Assembly: GCA_046290465.1 (NCBI GenBank)
Contig: JBKAGP010000001.1
Location: forward strand, 5,088,001 to 5,152,000
Direction of reading: 5' to 3'
Length of the DNA stretch: 64,000 nt
Source of the DNA: Planctomycetota bacterium
GTDB taxonomy: Bacteria; Planctomycetota; UBA1135; UBA2386
In this document: positions 26,387 to 39,070 of the stretch, piece after piece
Layout: every line of letters begins with the position of its first letter
Numbering within the stretch: the first letter of the stretch is position 1
Notes under the pieces: model-generated
What the model was told of the DNA's origin: nothing
What the model saw: the letters and a program-made list of their open reading frames with translations, nothing else
Databases searched by the model: none
Made by a program: the position numbers and the translations under genes

Positions 26387-27655
26387 CTAGATGAGGCCGT
26401 GGATGCGGGCGTCCAGGGCGTTCTGGTCCTGGGTGAAGCTGGCGAGGGCGGCGGCGGTCAGCACGCCGTCCCAGCTGCAGGTGCCGGCGCGCACGCGGTC
26501 GATCCAGGTCTTGTAGACCGGGATCTTGCCTTCGCCGGCGACCTTGGCGGCCTCCTCGGTCGAGAACTGCGGGAACAGGTCGCGGGCGCCGCTGTCGGCG
26601 AGCGTGGCCAGCACGTCCTCGGCCGTCGCGCGGCTGGCGTCGAGGCCGGCGGCGTTGGCGGCGGCGGTCTCGAACTGGTTGTCGATGTCCCAGAAGCAGT
26701 TGAGGCGGTCGGCGTCGACGTCGACGCCGCCGGCGAACTGCACCTCCGGATCGTTGCCGGTCTTGTCGGCGATCGACGCCGCGTCCGGGTTGAGGTCGAG
26801 GAAGCCCTTGGCCGCGCCGGTCGGCATCGTGAACACGTCGAGGCCGAGCAGGTCGTGCACCTGGTCGCCGTTGCGCATCGACGCGCCGATCTGGCGAACG
26901 TCGGCGCCACCCTGGTTCTTCAGGCGGCGCAGGCCGCGCTGGCTCGCGAGCGTCGCCTTCTCGCCGGCGTTCTTGCCGTCGCCGAGCTCGTTGTCGCTCA
27001 AGAACGCGTTGATGCGACCCATGAACACGTTGACCCAGGTCGGCCGGGCCAGCGACGCGATCAGCCAGTTCTGGCGCGCCGAGAAGCCGAGCGTGAAGTT
27101 GAGCCGGATGCCGTCGTCCGACAGGCGTCGCGCGGCCAGCAGGCCGGCCGGCGTCAGCGGCACCTTGACGATGAAGCGGTCCGGGCAGATCGCGTGGAAG
27201 CGCTTGCCGTACTGGTAGCTGGCCTCGGCGTCGTGGCTGATCGCGGTGTGCAGTTCGACCGACACGTCGGCGTCGAACGTCTTGACCAGCTTCAGGCCGT
27301 GCACGGCGTTGAGCACGAACGCGATCTCCTGCACGACGTCGTCGCCGTCGACGCCCTTGTCGCGCAGCAGCTTCGCCGTGCCCGGCACCAGCTCGTCGTA
27401 GATGCCCTTCTGGACCTCCTTGTTGAGCAGCGTGTTGTTGGTCGTCAGCGCGACGAACTCCTGCACCCACAGCTCCTTGGCGGCGTCGACGTCGCCGGTG
27501 TCCAGCCACAGCGACGTGCCGGTCCCGGCGACCGCGGCCCACAGCTCCGAGTTGGGGAAGCTCGAGCGGCTCTGCTGGGCGTCGGGGACCTGCTGCAGGC
27601 AGAAGCCGGCAACGTCTTGGGCGAGGCTGGAATCGTGGTTCGGGGCGTTCGACAT
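26387..27655 (-). CDS. tal: Transaldolase family protein
   Basis: LWLDTGD, ALTTNNTL, VSVEL, IVKVPLTPAG (Schiff-base Lys), NFTLGFS, FMGRI, GASMR. Confidence 0.88.
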   Translation of the reverse strand: MSNAPNHDSSLAQDVAGFCLQQVPDAQQSRSSFPNSELWAAVAGTGTSLWLDTGDVDAAKELWVQEFVALTTNNTLLNKEVQKGIYDELVPGTAKLLRDKGVDGDDVVQEIAFVLNAVHGLKLVKTFDADVSVELHTAISHDAEASYQYGKRFHAICPDRFIVKVPLTPAGLLAARRLSDDGIRLNFTLGFSARQNWLIASLARPTWVNVFMGRINAFLSDNELGDGKNAGEKATLASQRGLRRLKNQGGADVRQIGASMRNGDQVHDLLGLDVFTMPTGAAKGFLDLNPDAASIADKTGNDPEVQFAGGVDVDADRLNCFWDIDNQFETAAANAAGLDASRATAEDVLATLADSGARDLFPQFSTEEAAKVAGEGKIPVYKTWIDRVRAGTCSWDGVLTAAALASFTQDQNALDARIHGLI

Positions 27656-27730
27656 CGTGATCGTTCGGGCGGCGGGATCGCCGCGACCGATCCTACGGGT
27701 TCGCCTGCCGATTCCGAGGCCGAACGGCCG

Positions 27731-28921
27731 CTACTGCTTCGGCAGCAGCCCGCGCCGCTCGAGCGCCGCGCGCATGCGCTGCAGCAACAGGTCGTGGCCC
27801 TTGGCGTTGCAGTGGGAGTCGAGCATCGAGTTGGTGATGCCCTGCGCCAGGTCCTGTTCGGACAGGTAGAACGGCTCGTAGGCGATGCCGTGTCGGTCGC
27901 AGAACGCGCGCAGCGACTCGACGCGCGGCAGCGTGTGGTCGAACAGCACCAGCGGCACGTCGGCCTCGCGGCACATGCGCTGCACGTCGAGCAGCGCGGC
28001 CTGGCTGCGGGCCCAGCCGCGCGGCCCCGACGCGAACGTCTCGGGCGTGTAGCTCGCCCCGTCGGGCAGCGTGCGCTGCACGCGGGCCTCGAGGTCGGTG
28101 TAGCGGTGGATCAGCGCCCCGGTCGCCGGCAGCACCGGCTGCAGCCACTCGGCCAGCCCCGAGCAGAAGTCGTTCGGGATCGTGACCTGCTCGTCGGGGT
28201 AGGGGTGTTCGCCGGTCAGCAGCTGGAAGATCGTGTCGCGCGTCGGCTCGGCCAGGTCGTTGGTGACGTAGGTCAGCACGACCAGGTCCGGCTCGAGGCC
28301 GAGCCCGATCTGCCGCAGCATCGCGGCCTCCTGGTTGGTGTCGTACTTCGGCAGCCCGGTGTTGACGACCTCGAGCCGCGTCTTCGGTCGGCGCGCGTTC
28401 CAGGTCGTCTCGAGGCGCCGCGCGAACGTGACCTCGTCGTCGACCCCCCAGCCGAACGTCACCGAGTCGCCGAGCATCACGATCCGGAAGGTGTGCTCCG
28501 GCTTCGGCGTGACGACCTGCGGCCCGCGCAGGCCGAGCGCATTGGTCTTCAGGTGGAAGCTGCCGATCGACACGTCGAGGTTCGGCTTGTGCACGAACAG
28601 CATGCCGTCCATGCGCGGGTCCTCGCGCATCGCGGCGATCGCCAGCTGGCGCTGCTCCGCCGGCAGCGTGGCCGGCACCGGCGGCGGCATGTCGTAGGCG
28701 ATCGCCGTCGTGAAGTAGTGCAGCGTCTCACGCTCGTAGTAGCGGCCGATCGGGTCGGTGATGCGCAGCGTCACCTCGAGCAGCGTGACCGCGAGCGCGA
28801 GGCCGAACGCCATCGCGAACAGCGCCATCAGGCGGCGGCGACGCCGACGACGCCTGGCCGCGTCCGCTGTGGGGGCCGGCGGGGAGCCCGGCGAAGATCC
28901 CGGCGGCGCGACGTCACCCAT
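27731..28921 (-). CDS. SGNH/GDSL hydrolase family membrane-anchored protein
   Basis: N-terminal TM, RIVMLGDSVTFGWGV, EVVNTG, VTND, DSHCNAKGH. Confidence 0.88.
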   Translation of the reverse strand: MGDVAPPGSSPGSPPAPTADAARRRRRRRRLMALFAMAFGLALAVTLLEVTLRITDPIGRYYERETLHYFTTAIAYDMPPPVPATLPAEQRQLAIAAMREDPRMDGMLFVHKPNLDVSIGSFHLKTNALGLRGPQVVTPKPEHTFRIVMLGDSVTFGWGVDDEVTFARRLETTWNARRPKTRLEVVNTGLPKYDTNQEAAMLRQIGLGLEPDLVVLTYVTNDLAEPTRDTIFQLLTGEHPYPDEQVTIPNDFCSGLAEWLQPVLPATGALIHRYTDLEARVQRTLPDGASYTPETFASGPRGWARSQAALLDVQRMCREADVPLVLFDHTLPRVESLRAFCDRHGIAYEPFYLSEQDLAQGITNSMLDSHCNAKGHDLLLQRMRAALERRGLLPKQ

Positions 28922-28925
28922 TGGA

Positions 28926-32255
<3,330 letters not shown>

Positions 32256-32334
32256 TGTCGGGCAAAGACTACAGCGAGTGGCCTGCCCGGGCGCGAGAGG
32301 AAACTGGGTCGTTGCGACGGTTGTTCGGAATGCT

Positions 32335-33099
32335 TCAGGTCTGCCGCCAGCGTTGTTGAAAGTCTGCTCGATGGCTGCGCCCGAGCGGCACGCGCGCGCC
32401 GCTCCGCAGGACCAACTCGTGGTCGCCACCGGGGCGCCGGTCGAGCTCGCAGACCTCCGGCAGCGCGACGATCGCGGACCTGTGGACACGCTGGAATCGC
32501 GGTTCCGGCAGGGTCTTGGCGAGGCTGGTCAGCGTGCGACGGACCAGGAACGGGCCGTCGGGGTGGTGCAGGTGCACGTAGTTGCCGCGTGCCTCGATCC
32601 ACTCGACCTCGTTGGCGTCGACCAGGCGGAGCCGGCCGGCGTGCTTGCAGACGAACCGTTTGCTCGGCCGTTCTTCGGTCGCCTGGTCGAGCAGGTCCTG
32701 CATGCGCCGGTCGTCAGCGCCGAGCCGCTGCAGCGCCCGGTCGAGGGCGGCGAGCAGCCGGGCGTCGTCGAACGGCTTGAGCAGGTAGTCGACCGCGTGC
32801 AGGTCGAAGGCCTGGATTGCGTAGTGCTCATAGGCCGTCGCGAACACGACGGCGGGCCGCATGTCGGCCTCGACCTGCGCCAGCGCCTCGAGGCCGTCGC
32901 AGCCCGGCATCTGCATGTCGAGGAACACCAGCTGCGGCCGCAGCCGCTCGATGGCCTCGATTGCGGCGATGCCGTCGCCGGCCTCGCCGACCACCTCGAA
33001 GCGCGGCTCGCGTTCGAGTACTTCGCGGATGGCGCGGCGCGCGAGCGGCTCGTCGTCGACGACCAGCACGCGCACCGGCGGGGTTGCCTCAGGCGGCAT
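32335..33099 (-). CDS. LytTR-family response regulator
   Basis: Receiver domain ([28 protein letters not shown]) and LytTR domain ([19 protein letters not shown]). Confidence 0.95.
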   Translation of the reverse strand: MPPEATPPVRVLVVDDEPLARRAIREVLEREPRFEVVGEAGDGIAAIEAIERLRPQLVFLDMQMPGCDGLEALAQVEADMRPAVVFATAYEHYAIQAFDLHAVDYLLKPFDDARLLAALDRALQRLGADDRRMQDLLDQATEERPSKRFVCKHAGRLRLVDANEVEWIEARGNYVHLHHPDGPFLVRRTLTSLAKTLPEPRFQRVHRSAIVALPEVCELDRRPGGDHELVLRSGARVPLGRSHRADFQQRWRQT

Positions 33100-34126
33100 C
33101 CCGCGCCTCCTCGAAGGGCAGGCTGACGGTCGCGACGGTGCCGCGCAGGTCGCCGGCCGCGAGCGTCAGCTGTGCGCGCTCCCCGAACAGCGCCCGCAGC
33201 CGCGAGCGGGTCGTGCCGAGGCCGACGCCGTCGGCGATCGGCCCGGCCGCCGGACCGCCGCCGTCGTCCGCGACCTTGAGCTCGAGGCGATCGCCGTGGC
33301 GCCGCGCCGAGATCCGCACCGAGCCTTCGCCGGGCTGCTTCTCGATGCCGTGCAGCAACGCGTTCTCGACCAGCGGCTGCAGGATCAGATCCGGCACGGC
33401 CGCCGACAGGACGTCGTCTGGCAGGTCGATCTCGACCGTCAGGCGGTCGGCGAAGCGCAGCCGCTGCAGCTCGAGGTAGGGCTCGAGCAGATGGTGCTCG
33501 TCGGCGAGCGTGACCAGCTGGCCGCTGCGTTCCCGCAGAGTCTGGCGCAGCAGATCGCCGAGCAGCGTGATCATGCGCACCGCGGTGTCCGGCTCGCTGC
33601 GCACGGAGGCGCTGATGCCCTGCAGGCTGTTGAACAGGAAGTGCGGCTGCAGCTGGTTGCGCAGCGCGCGCAGCTGGGCCTGCAGCAGCTCGCCGCGGGC
33701 GGCTTCGCGGCTGCGGTAGATCTCAGTCGCAGCGGCGACCCCGGCGAGCGCGCAGTGGCGGAAGAAGTAGATGGCGGTCCAGAACCCGAAGGCCCATGGG
33801 GTATCGGGGAAGATGACGGTGAGCGCCGTTGTGTAGATCAGCTGGTGCGTAAGGCTCACCAGCAGGCTGACGCCGGTGAGCTTCGCGGCGAAAGCGAGCC
33901 ACGATCCCTGCCGGCGGCTGAAGCGACGCGAGCACTCGAACAACACGACCGTGCAGGCGCTGTAGCAGAGGACGCCGAGTGCCTGCAGCGCCAGTTGGTC
34001 CGTCCACACGACGTCCTGGACTTCGAGGTTGATGCCCGTGCTGATCGCCGTCATCACCGTCCAGAACAACACGCTGACTCCGAAGAACCTCCAGGTCAGC
34101 CACGACTTGCTTGCGTTCGTTTCCAT
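33089..34126 (-). CDS. LytS/YehU-type sensor histidine kinase
   Basis: About four N-terminal TMs, LRNQLQPHFLFNSL, LQPLVENALLHG, VADDG, GVGL..TRSRL. Confidence 0.94.
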   Translation of the reverse strand: METNASKSWLTWRFFGVSVLFWTVMTAISTGINLEVQDVVWTDQLALQALGVLCYSACTVVLFECSRRFSRRQGSWLAFAAKLTGVSLLVSLTHQLIYTTALTVIFPDTPWAFGFWTAIYFFRHCALAGVAAATEIYRSREAARGELLQAQLRALRNQLQPHFLFNSLQGISASVRSEPDTAVRMITLLGDLLRQTLRERSGQLVTLADEHHLLEPYLELQRLRFADRLTVEIDLPDDVLSAAVPDLILQPLVENALLHGIEKQPGEGSVRISARRHGDRLELKVADDGGGPAAGPIADGVGLGTTRSRLRALFGERAQLTLAAGDLRGTVATVSLPFEEARDAA

Positions 34127-34170
34127 ACTGTTCCTCTACGGCGCCCGCTGCCAACGCCCGACGCCTCTGG

Positions 34171-34201
34171 GGCGAACGGCCCGTTCGACGGGACGAACGG
34201 C
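34171..34201 (-). promoter_or_regulatory. Candidate LytTR binding boxes (GCCGTTCG direct repeat, 21-bp period)
   Basis: CGAACGGC at 34173 and 34194. The minus-strand reading CCGTTCGTC equals the AlgR box core. A third, opposite-strand copy CCGTTCGAC is at 34181. Confidence 0.6.
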
Positions 34202-34298
34202 GCCGCGATCGTTCCTTCACGTGCCCTGGGCCCGCTGGCGCCATCCAGGATCCGCCGTAGCATGCCTCGCCAGGGCCGATCGCCCCTGCGCCCGATCC

Positions 34299-35840
34299 AT
34301 GAAATACCCCCGATCCCTCGCGGCCCCGCTGCTGCTCGCAACGAGCCTGGTCGCGCCGCTCTCCGCCCAGCAGGGCGAGAACTGGCCGTTCGGTCTGCCG
34401 GCCGACGCGGGCGCGCTCGCCAAGAAGCGCGACCTGTTCAACCTCGGCCTGCTCGGCGTCAAGGCGTGGGACGCCGATCTGCCGGAGCCGGCGGCGAAGA
34501 TGGCCGGCGGCCGGCGCGCGGTCGCGAGCGAGCCGTTCGACGGCAACGACGACGGGCCCGAGCGGCTGGTCGTCAAGGCGCTGCTCGGCGGCGGTCCCGG
34601 CCAGCAGGCCGGCCTGCAGACCGGCGACGTGATCGTCGGCGTCGGCCGCAAGAAGTTCGCCAAGGCCGGCGGCAGCTTCGAGCCGCTCGCCGACGCGCTG
34701 CTCGCCGCCGAGAGCAAGAAGGGAGAGGTGGTGCTGCTGGTCGAGCGCGACGGCAAGGTCGTCAAGGTCACCTGCACGATCGCCAGCAACGGCGCGGCGG
34801 CGAAGAAGCCGACCGTCGGCGCCCAGCAGCGCAAGATCGTCGACGACGCCTGCGCGTTCCTGGCCGGTCGGCAGCAGGGCGACGGCGGCTTCCGCGCGAC
34901 CCTCGGCGGCATCAACGGGCAGGTCGTCAACACCTGCCTCGCCGGCCTCGCGTGGCTGGCCGGCGGCAGCACGCTGGATGGCGGAGCGCACCAGGACAAC
35001 CTGAAGAAGGCGCGCGACTACGTGATCGGCGCGCTCGGCAAGCCCGACGCGTTCGGTGCGGCGGCCGGTGGCGATGCCAACTGGGATCAGACCAACTGGC
35101 GCTACGCCTACGCCGGCATCTTCCTCGGAGAACTCGCCCAGCAGAGCAAGGACGAGGCCCTGCACGCAGCCGTGCAGGAGATCGCGACGACGCTGTGCGC
35201 GCGGCAGGAGGCGAGCGGTGGCTTCGCGCACGGCCCCGGCGGTCCCAACGCGCTCGGCTACCTCGAACTCAACATCGTCGGCGGCTTCGTGCTGTCGGCG
35301 CTCGGGCAGTGCAAGCGCGCCGGTGCGACGTTCGACGAACAGGTCGTCGAACGGCTGGTCGACTACCTCGAGAAGTCCGGCGGCGGCTCGGGCGGCGTCG
35401 CCTACTCGACCAAGGACGGCCAGATCGGCCAGCCCAACGTCGGTCGCACCGCCGTCGCCTGGCTCGGCCTGGTCGGCATGGGGCAGGGCGGCAAGCCGTT
35501 CGCGAAGAAGATGAAGAAGTGGCTGTCGGGCCACGTGCACGACGTGATGGGCGGCCATGCGTCGCTGATGCAGCACATCATGCTCGCCGGGGTGGCCGCC
35601 AACGCGCTCGGCAGCAAGGCGCAGAAGGCCTACTGGAAGGTGCTGCAGCGCGACCTGACGCTGTGCCGCTGCCCGGACGGCTCGATCCAGATGCGGCCGT
35701 GGCACGAGTCGCTCAACATGCAGAGCAACTCCGACGTCACGATGGGTCAGATCTGGAGCACCGCCTCGTGGGCGATCGTGCTCGCCGCCGACGGCTTCAA
35801 GGACCGCACCGGCGGCCTCCCCGGCTGGTGCGGAAAGTAG
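34299..35840 (+). CDS. Exported PDZ + alpha/alpha-toroid (prenyltransferase-repeat, DUF6288-like) protein
   Basis: Signal peptide, FNLGLLGVKAW, PDZ segment GGPGQQAGLQTGDVIVGVG, repeated QxxxGGF motifs (QQGDGGF, QEASGGF, CPDGSI). Confidence 0.75.
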   Translation: MKYPRSLAAPLLLATSLVAPLSAQQGENWPFGLPADAGALAKKRDLFNLGLLGVKAWDADLPEPAAKMAGGRRAVASEPFDGNDDGPERLVVKALLGGGPGQQAGLQTGDVIVGVGRKKFAKAGGSFEPLADALLAAESKKGEVVLLVERDGKVVKVTCTIASNGAAAKKPTVGAQQRKIVDDACAFLAGRQQGDGGFRATLGGINGQVVNTCLAGLAWLAGGSTLDGGAHQDNLKKARDYVIGALGKPDAFGAAAGGDANWDQTNWRYAYAGIFLGELAQQSKDEALHAAVQEIATTLCARQEASGGFAHGPGGPNALGYLELNIVGGFVLSALGQCKRAGATFDEQVVERLVDYLEKSGGGSGGVAYSTKDGQIGQPNVGRTAVAWLGLVGMGQGGKPFAKKMKKWLSGHVHDVMGGHASLMQHIMLAGVAANALGSKAQKAYWKVLQRDLTLCRCPDGSIQMRPWHESLNMQSNSDVTMGQIWSTASWAIVLAADGFKDRTGGLPGWCGK

Positions 35841-35912
35841 CCGTACGGTATGCGGTCCATCCTCCACCTTCGCGGCCGCAGAGCGGCCGCGACAGGTGGA
35901 GGATGGACCGCA
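35837..35912. repeat. GTAG-initiated palindromic REP-like element, copy 1
   Basis: 19-bp outer and 10-bp inner stems (35851-35912). Sequence closely matches 47089-47160. Confidence 0.8.
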
Positions 35913-35919
35913 GTCGAAT

Positions 35920-35957
35920 GCCGAGGGGCCGTCTCCCGCAGGAGACGGCCCCTCGGC
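35920..35957. terminator. 17-bp perfect GC-rich stem-loop between convergent genes
   Basis: GCCGAGGGGCCGTCTCC-CGCA-GGAGACGGCCCCTCGGC. Confidence 0.7.
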
Positions 35958-35969
35958 GTTGCGATCGGA

Positions 35970-37121
35970 TCAGTAGCCGATCGTGGTGTTGTTGCCGTTC
36001 GACAGCACCAGGAGCGGAGCACCCGGGTCGAAGGCGACGGCCTGGGCCGACAGCGCCGCGCCGGTCAGCGCCGCGTTGTTCGGCATCGCGACCGACGTGC
36101 TGGCCATGCCGCCCGTCGGAGCGCCGATCGCGTACATCCCGAACGCGGCGTCCATGTGCGCCTCACAGGTCGGGCCGAACAGCGTCGGGAACAGCACGCC
36201 GACCGGGGTCGGCGGGACCGGCATGCCGTAGGCGATGAACACCGGCAGCGGTGCCGGGGCGGTCACGCCCGAGACCTCCATGCTCCAGTTCGTGCCGACG
36301 AACGGCGGACGCGTCGTGACCAGCGTCAGGCCGCAGCCGGTGCCGACGTCGGTCGTCGAGCCGCAGTCGAGCGGCGTCGGGACGCACAGCCAGCCGGGGC
36401 TCAGCGGGGTCAGCGTCAGCGTCGTGTTGTTGAGGTCGAAGTTCGGGTCGGGCGTGTTCGAGCCGGCCGGGCCGGGCCCGATGAACTCCTCGAACACCGT
36501 CGCGTTGGTGGTCGTGACGACCGTGCTCAGGTCGGACGGGCCGGCGGCGACGTTGTTGAGCGTGTGCACGCCGACGATCGTCTCGAGCGCGCCGAACGTC
36601 GAGCTGGTGTTGTTGCAGCGGTCGTCGAGGCGGATGCGGATCTCGCCGCTCGGGAACAGCGTCACCGAGACCGAGAACGCGCCGGCCGCGTAGCTCAGGT
36701 ACGGCTCGTTGTCGATCCACGACACGGTGCAGCTGGCCGGGTCGGTGTTGTCGACCCAGATGCCGGCGTTCGGCGACGTCGGCGCGCCGAAGCCCTGGGT
36801 GCTGTGGTCACCCCAGTAGGCGAAGATGCAGTCCGCGCCGAGGGTGTCGAGGTTGGCGGCACCGGGCGTGTAGGTCGACGCGCCGCCGATCGGCGTCGGC
36901 GTCGTGCCGTTGGACAGCGCGATGATGCCGTGGTCGCTGATCCACATGTCGGTGTACGTGGTCCCGTTGAACGGGAACGCGAAGCCGATCGGGACCGGGG
37001 CGGTCGTGAAGTTGTCGATCGGCGGGGCCGTGTCGAGCGTGCCGAACTCCTGCAGCGTGCACTGGGCGATCGCGAGCGGCGAGAGGGCCGCCAGGGCGAG
37101 AGACGTGAGAACGTGGTTCAT
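35970..37121 (-). CDS. Secreted hypothetical protein (NIDO-like N-terminal region) with the shared C-terminal domain
   Basis: Signal peptide AIA|Q. PIGFAFPFNGTTYTDMWISDHG and IFAYWGD resemble nidogen-N-like bacterial domains. C-terminal GTGC..SN domain. Confidence 0.75.
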   Translation of the reverse strand: MNHVLTSLALAALSPLAIAQCTLQEFGTLDTAPPIDNFTTAPVPIGFAFPFNGTTYTDMWISDHGIIALSNGTTPTPIGGASTYTPGAANLDTLGADCIFAYWGDHSTQGFGAPTSPNAGIWVDNTDPASCTVSWIDNEPYLSYAAGAFSVSVTLFPSGEIRIRLDDRCNNTSSTFGALETIVGVHTLNNVAAGPSDLSTVVTTTNATVFEEFIGPGPAGSNTPDPNFDLNNTTLTLTPLSPGWLCVPTPLDCGSTTDVGTGCGLTLVTTRPPFVGTNWSMEVSGVTAPAPLPVFIAYGMPVPPTPVGVLFPTLFGPTCEAHMDAAFGMYAIGAPTGGMASTSVAMPNNAALTGAALSAQAVAFDPGAPLLVLSNGNNTTIGY

Positions 37122-37248
37122 GGTGGACTTGGTCCTGACAAGAGACGTTGGGGCATGGGACGGCGCCGTAGGGCTTGGCGTCGCTACCCGGAAGCGTAGC
37201 TGCCTTTTGCCGCGGCGCGAAGGGGGGGGACAGGTCATCTCGCGGCAG

Positions 37249-38979
37249 CTACCGCCGCTTCTTCCCGGCCGCGTCGCCGTCCTTGGGACCGTTCTCGAAC
37301 GGCCACGGCTGCACGCCGACGCGCCGCGCCCACGCGTTCCATTGCGCGGTCATTGCGCGCAGGCGTTCGGGATACTCGCTGGCAAGGTCGGTCGACTCGG
37401 TCCGATCGGCGACCATGTCGTACAGCTCCCAGGAGATCGGCCGCTGCTTGCGGTAGGCCGAGACGATCTTCCAGCGACCGTCGCGCAGGCCGAGGTTGCC
37501 GTGGTGTTCGAAGCAGATCGGATCATTGCGCTCGACCGCGCCGCCGCGCAGCGCCGGCAGCAGGTCGATGCCCTCTGCCGGCTGCACCGGCTGGTCCCCG
37601 TTGTGCGCCGGATAGGACGCGCCGGCCGCGGCGAGCACCGTCGGCAGCACGTCGATCAGGTGCGCGGGCGTGTCGACGATGCTGCCGTGCCGCGCCGCGT
37701 CGAGGCCGCGCGGCCAGTGCACGATCAGCGGCGTGCTGATGCCGCCTTCGTAGGCGTCGTGCTTGTAGCCACGGAACGGCGTGTTCGAGACGTTGGCCCA
37801 GCCGCGGCCGTAGCCGATGAACGTGTCCTCGCCGCCGGCCATCGCGCCGGGACCGGTGCGCACGGCGCGGCCGTCGCGGGTCTGCATCGGCGGCCAGATC
37901 TTCTTCTGCAACCCGTCCCTGCCGAGCGGCTGGTAGGTCTTGCCGCGGATCTGCTCGGCGTTCGACCGGCGACCGAACGCCTCGGCGCAGCCGCCGTTGT
38001 CCTGCAGGTAGACGATCACGGTGTCGTCGAGCCGGCCCTGCCGTTCGAGTTCGGCGACCAACCGGCCGATGCCCTGGTCCATGCGGTCGATCATCGCCGC
38101 GTAGACCTGCATGTTGCGCGCCTCCCACTGGTGGTTCGGCGTCTTCGCCCACGGCGCGGGCAGCGCCGACAGCGGCCACTTCGGGTCGAGCACACCGAGC
38201 TCCCGGGCGCGCCGCAGGCGCTGCGCGCGAATCGGTTCGAAGCCGTCGTCGTAGACGCCCTCGTACTTCGCGATGTCGCGCTCGAGCGCGTGCATCGGCC
38301 AGTGCGCCGTCGTGTAGGCGACGTACAGGAAGAACGGCTCCGCCCCGTGCTGCTGCTGGTGCTCCCGCACGAACCGCACCGCCTGGTCGCTGATCGCGTC
38401 GGTGTAGTAGAAGCGCTCGGGTCGGTACTCGGGGTCGTTCTCCGGCGTGACATAGCGGTTGTCGCGGCACAGCGTCGACGGGTCGAAGAAGCTGCCGGCG
38501 CCGATGATCGTGCCGTAGAAGCGGTCGAAGCCGCGCTGCAGTGGCCAGTTGTGCTTCGGTCCCTCGGGCCCGACGTGCCGCGTCACGTGCCACTTGCCCG
38601 CCATGTAGTTGCGGTAGCCAGCGGGCCGCAGCGCTTCGGCGATCGTCACGCAGCGACGGTTGAGGTCGCCGCGGTAGGCGTCGTAGCCACGGTCGCCGGT
38701 CATCAGGCCGATGCCGGCCTGGTGCGAGTAGAGCCCGGTGAGCAGCGACGCGCGCGTCGGGCAGCAGCGCGACGTGTTGTAGAACTGCGTCATGCGCACG
38801 CCGCCGGCCGCCAGCCGGTCGAGCGTCGGCGTGTGCACCTCGCCGCCGTAGCAGCCGATGTCGGTGTAGCCCATGTCGTCGGCCAGGATCAGCACGACGT
38901 TCGGGCGCGGGCGCTGCGGCGTCTGCTGCGACGGCAGCGCTGCACAGATGGTCAGGACGAGCGCGAGGACGCGGGGCAT
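37249..38979 (-). CDS. Arylsulfatase (formylglycine-dependent, family S1)
   Basis: RPNVVLILADDMG, CCPTRASLLTG, GKWH, AHWPMH, DNG, YEGGISTP. Confidence 0.95.
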   Translation of the reverse strand: MPRVLALVLTICAALPSQQTPQRPRPNVVLILADDMGYTDIGCYGGEVHTPTLDRLAAGGVRMTQFYNTSRCCPTRASLLTGLYSHQAGIGLMTGDRGYDAYRGDLNRRCVTIAEALRPAGYRNYMAGKWHVTRHVGPEGPKHNWPLQRGFDRFYGTIIGAGSFFDPSTLCRDNRYVTPENDPEYRPERFYYTDAISDQAVRFVREHQQQHGAEPFFLYVAYTTAHWPMHALERDIAKYEGVYDDGFEPIRAQRLRRARELGVLDPKWPLSALPAPWAKTPNHQWEARNMQVYAAMIDRMDQGIGRLVAELERQGRLDDTVIVYLQDNGGCAEAFGRRSNAEQIRGKTYQPLGRDGLQKKIWPPMQTRDGRAVRTGPGAMAGGEDTFIGYGRGWANVSNTPFRGYKHDAYEGGISTPLIVHWPRGLDAARHGSIVDTPAHLIDVLPTVLAAAGASYPAHNGDQPVQPAEGIDLLPALRGGAVERNDPICFEHHGNLGLRDGRWKIVSAYRKQRPISWELYDMVADRTESTDLASEYPERLRAMTAQWNAWARRVGVQPWPFENGPKDGDAAGKKRR

Positions 38980-39011
38980 GCCGTCATGGTAGCTGGCCGT
39001 CATGGTAGCTG
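38980..39011. repeat. 16-bp tandem duplication upstream of the sulfatase
   Basis: GCCGTCATGGTAGCTG x2, followed by GCACGGGAC x2 (39012 and 39028), also 16 bp apart. Confidence 0.85.
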
Positions 39012-39070
39012 GCACGGGACCTTGCGCGCACGGGACACTGCGCGACCACGCGTGCCGTCCCGCGAACCCG

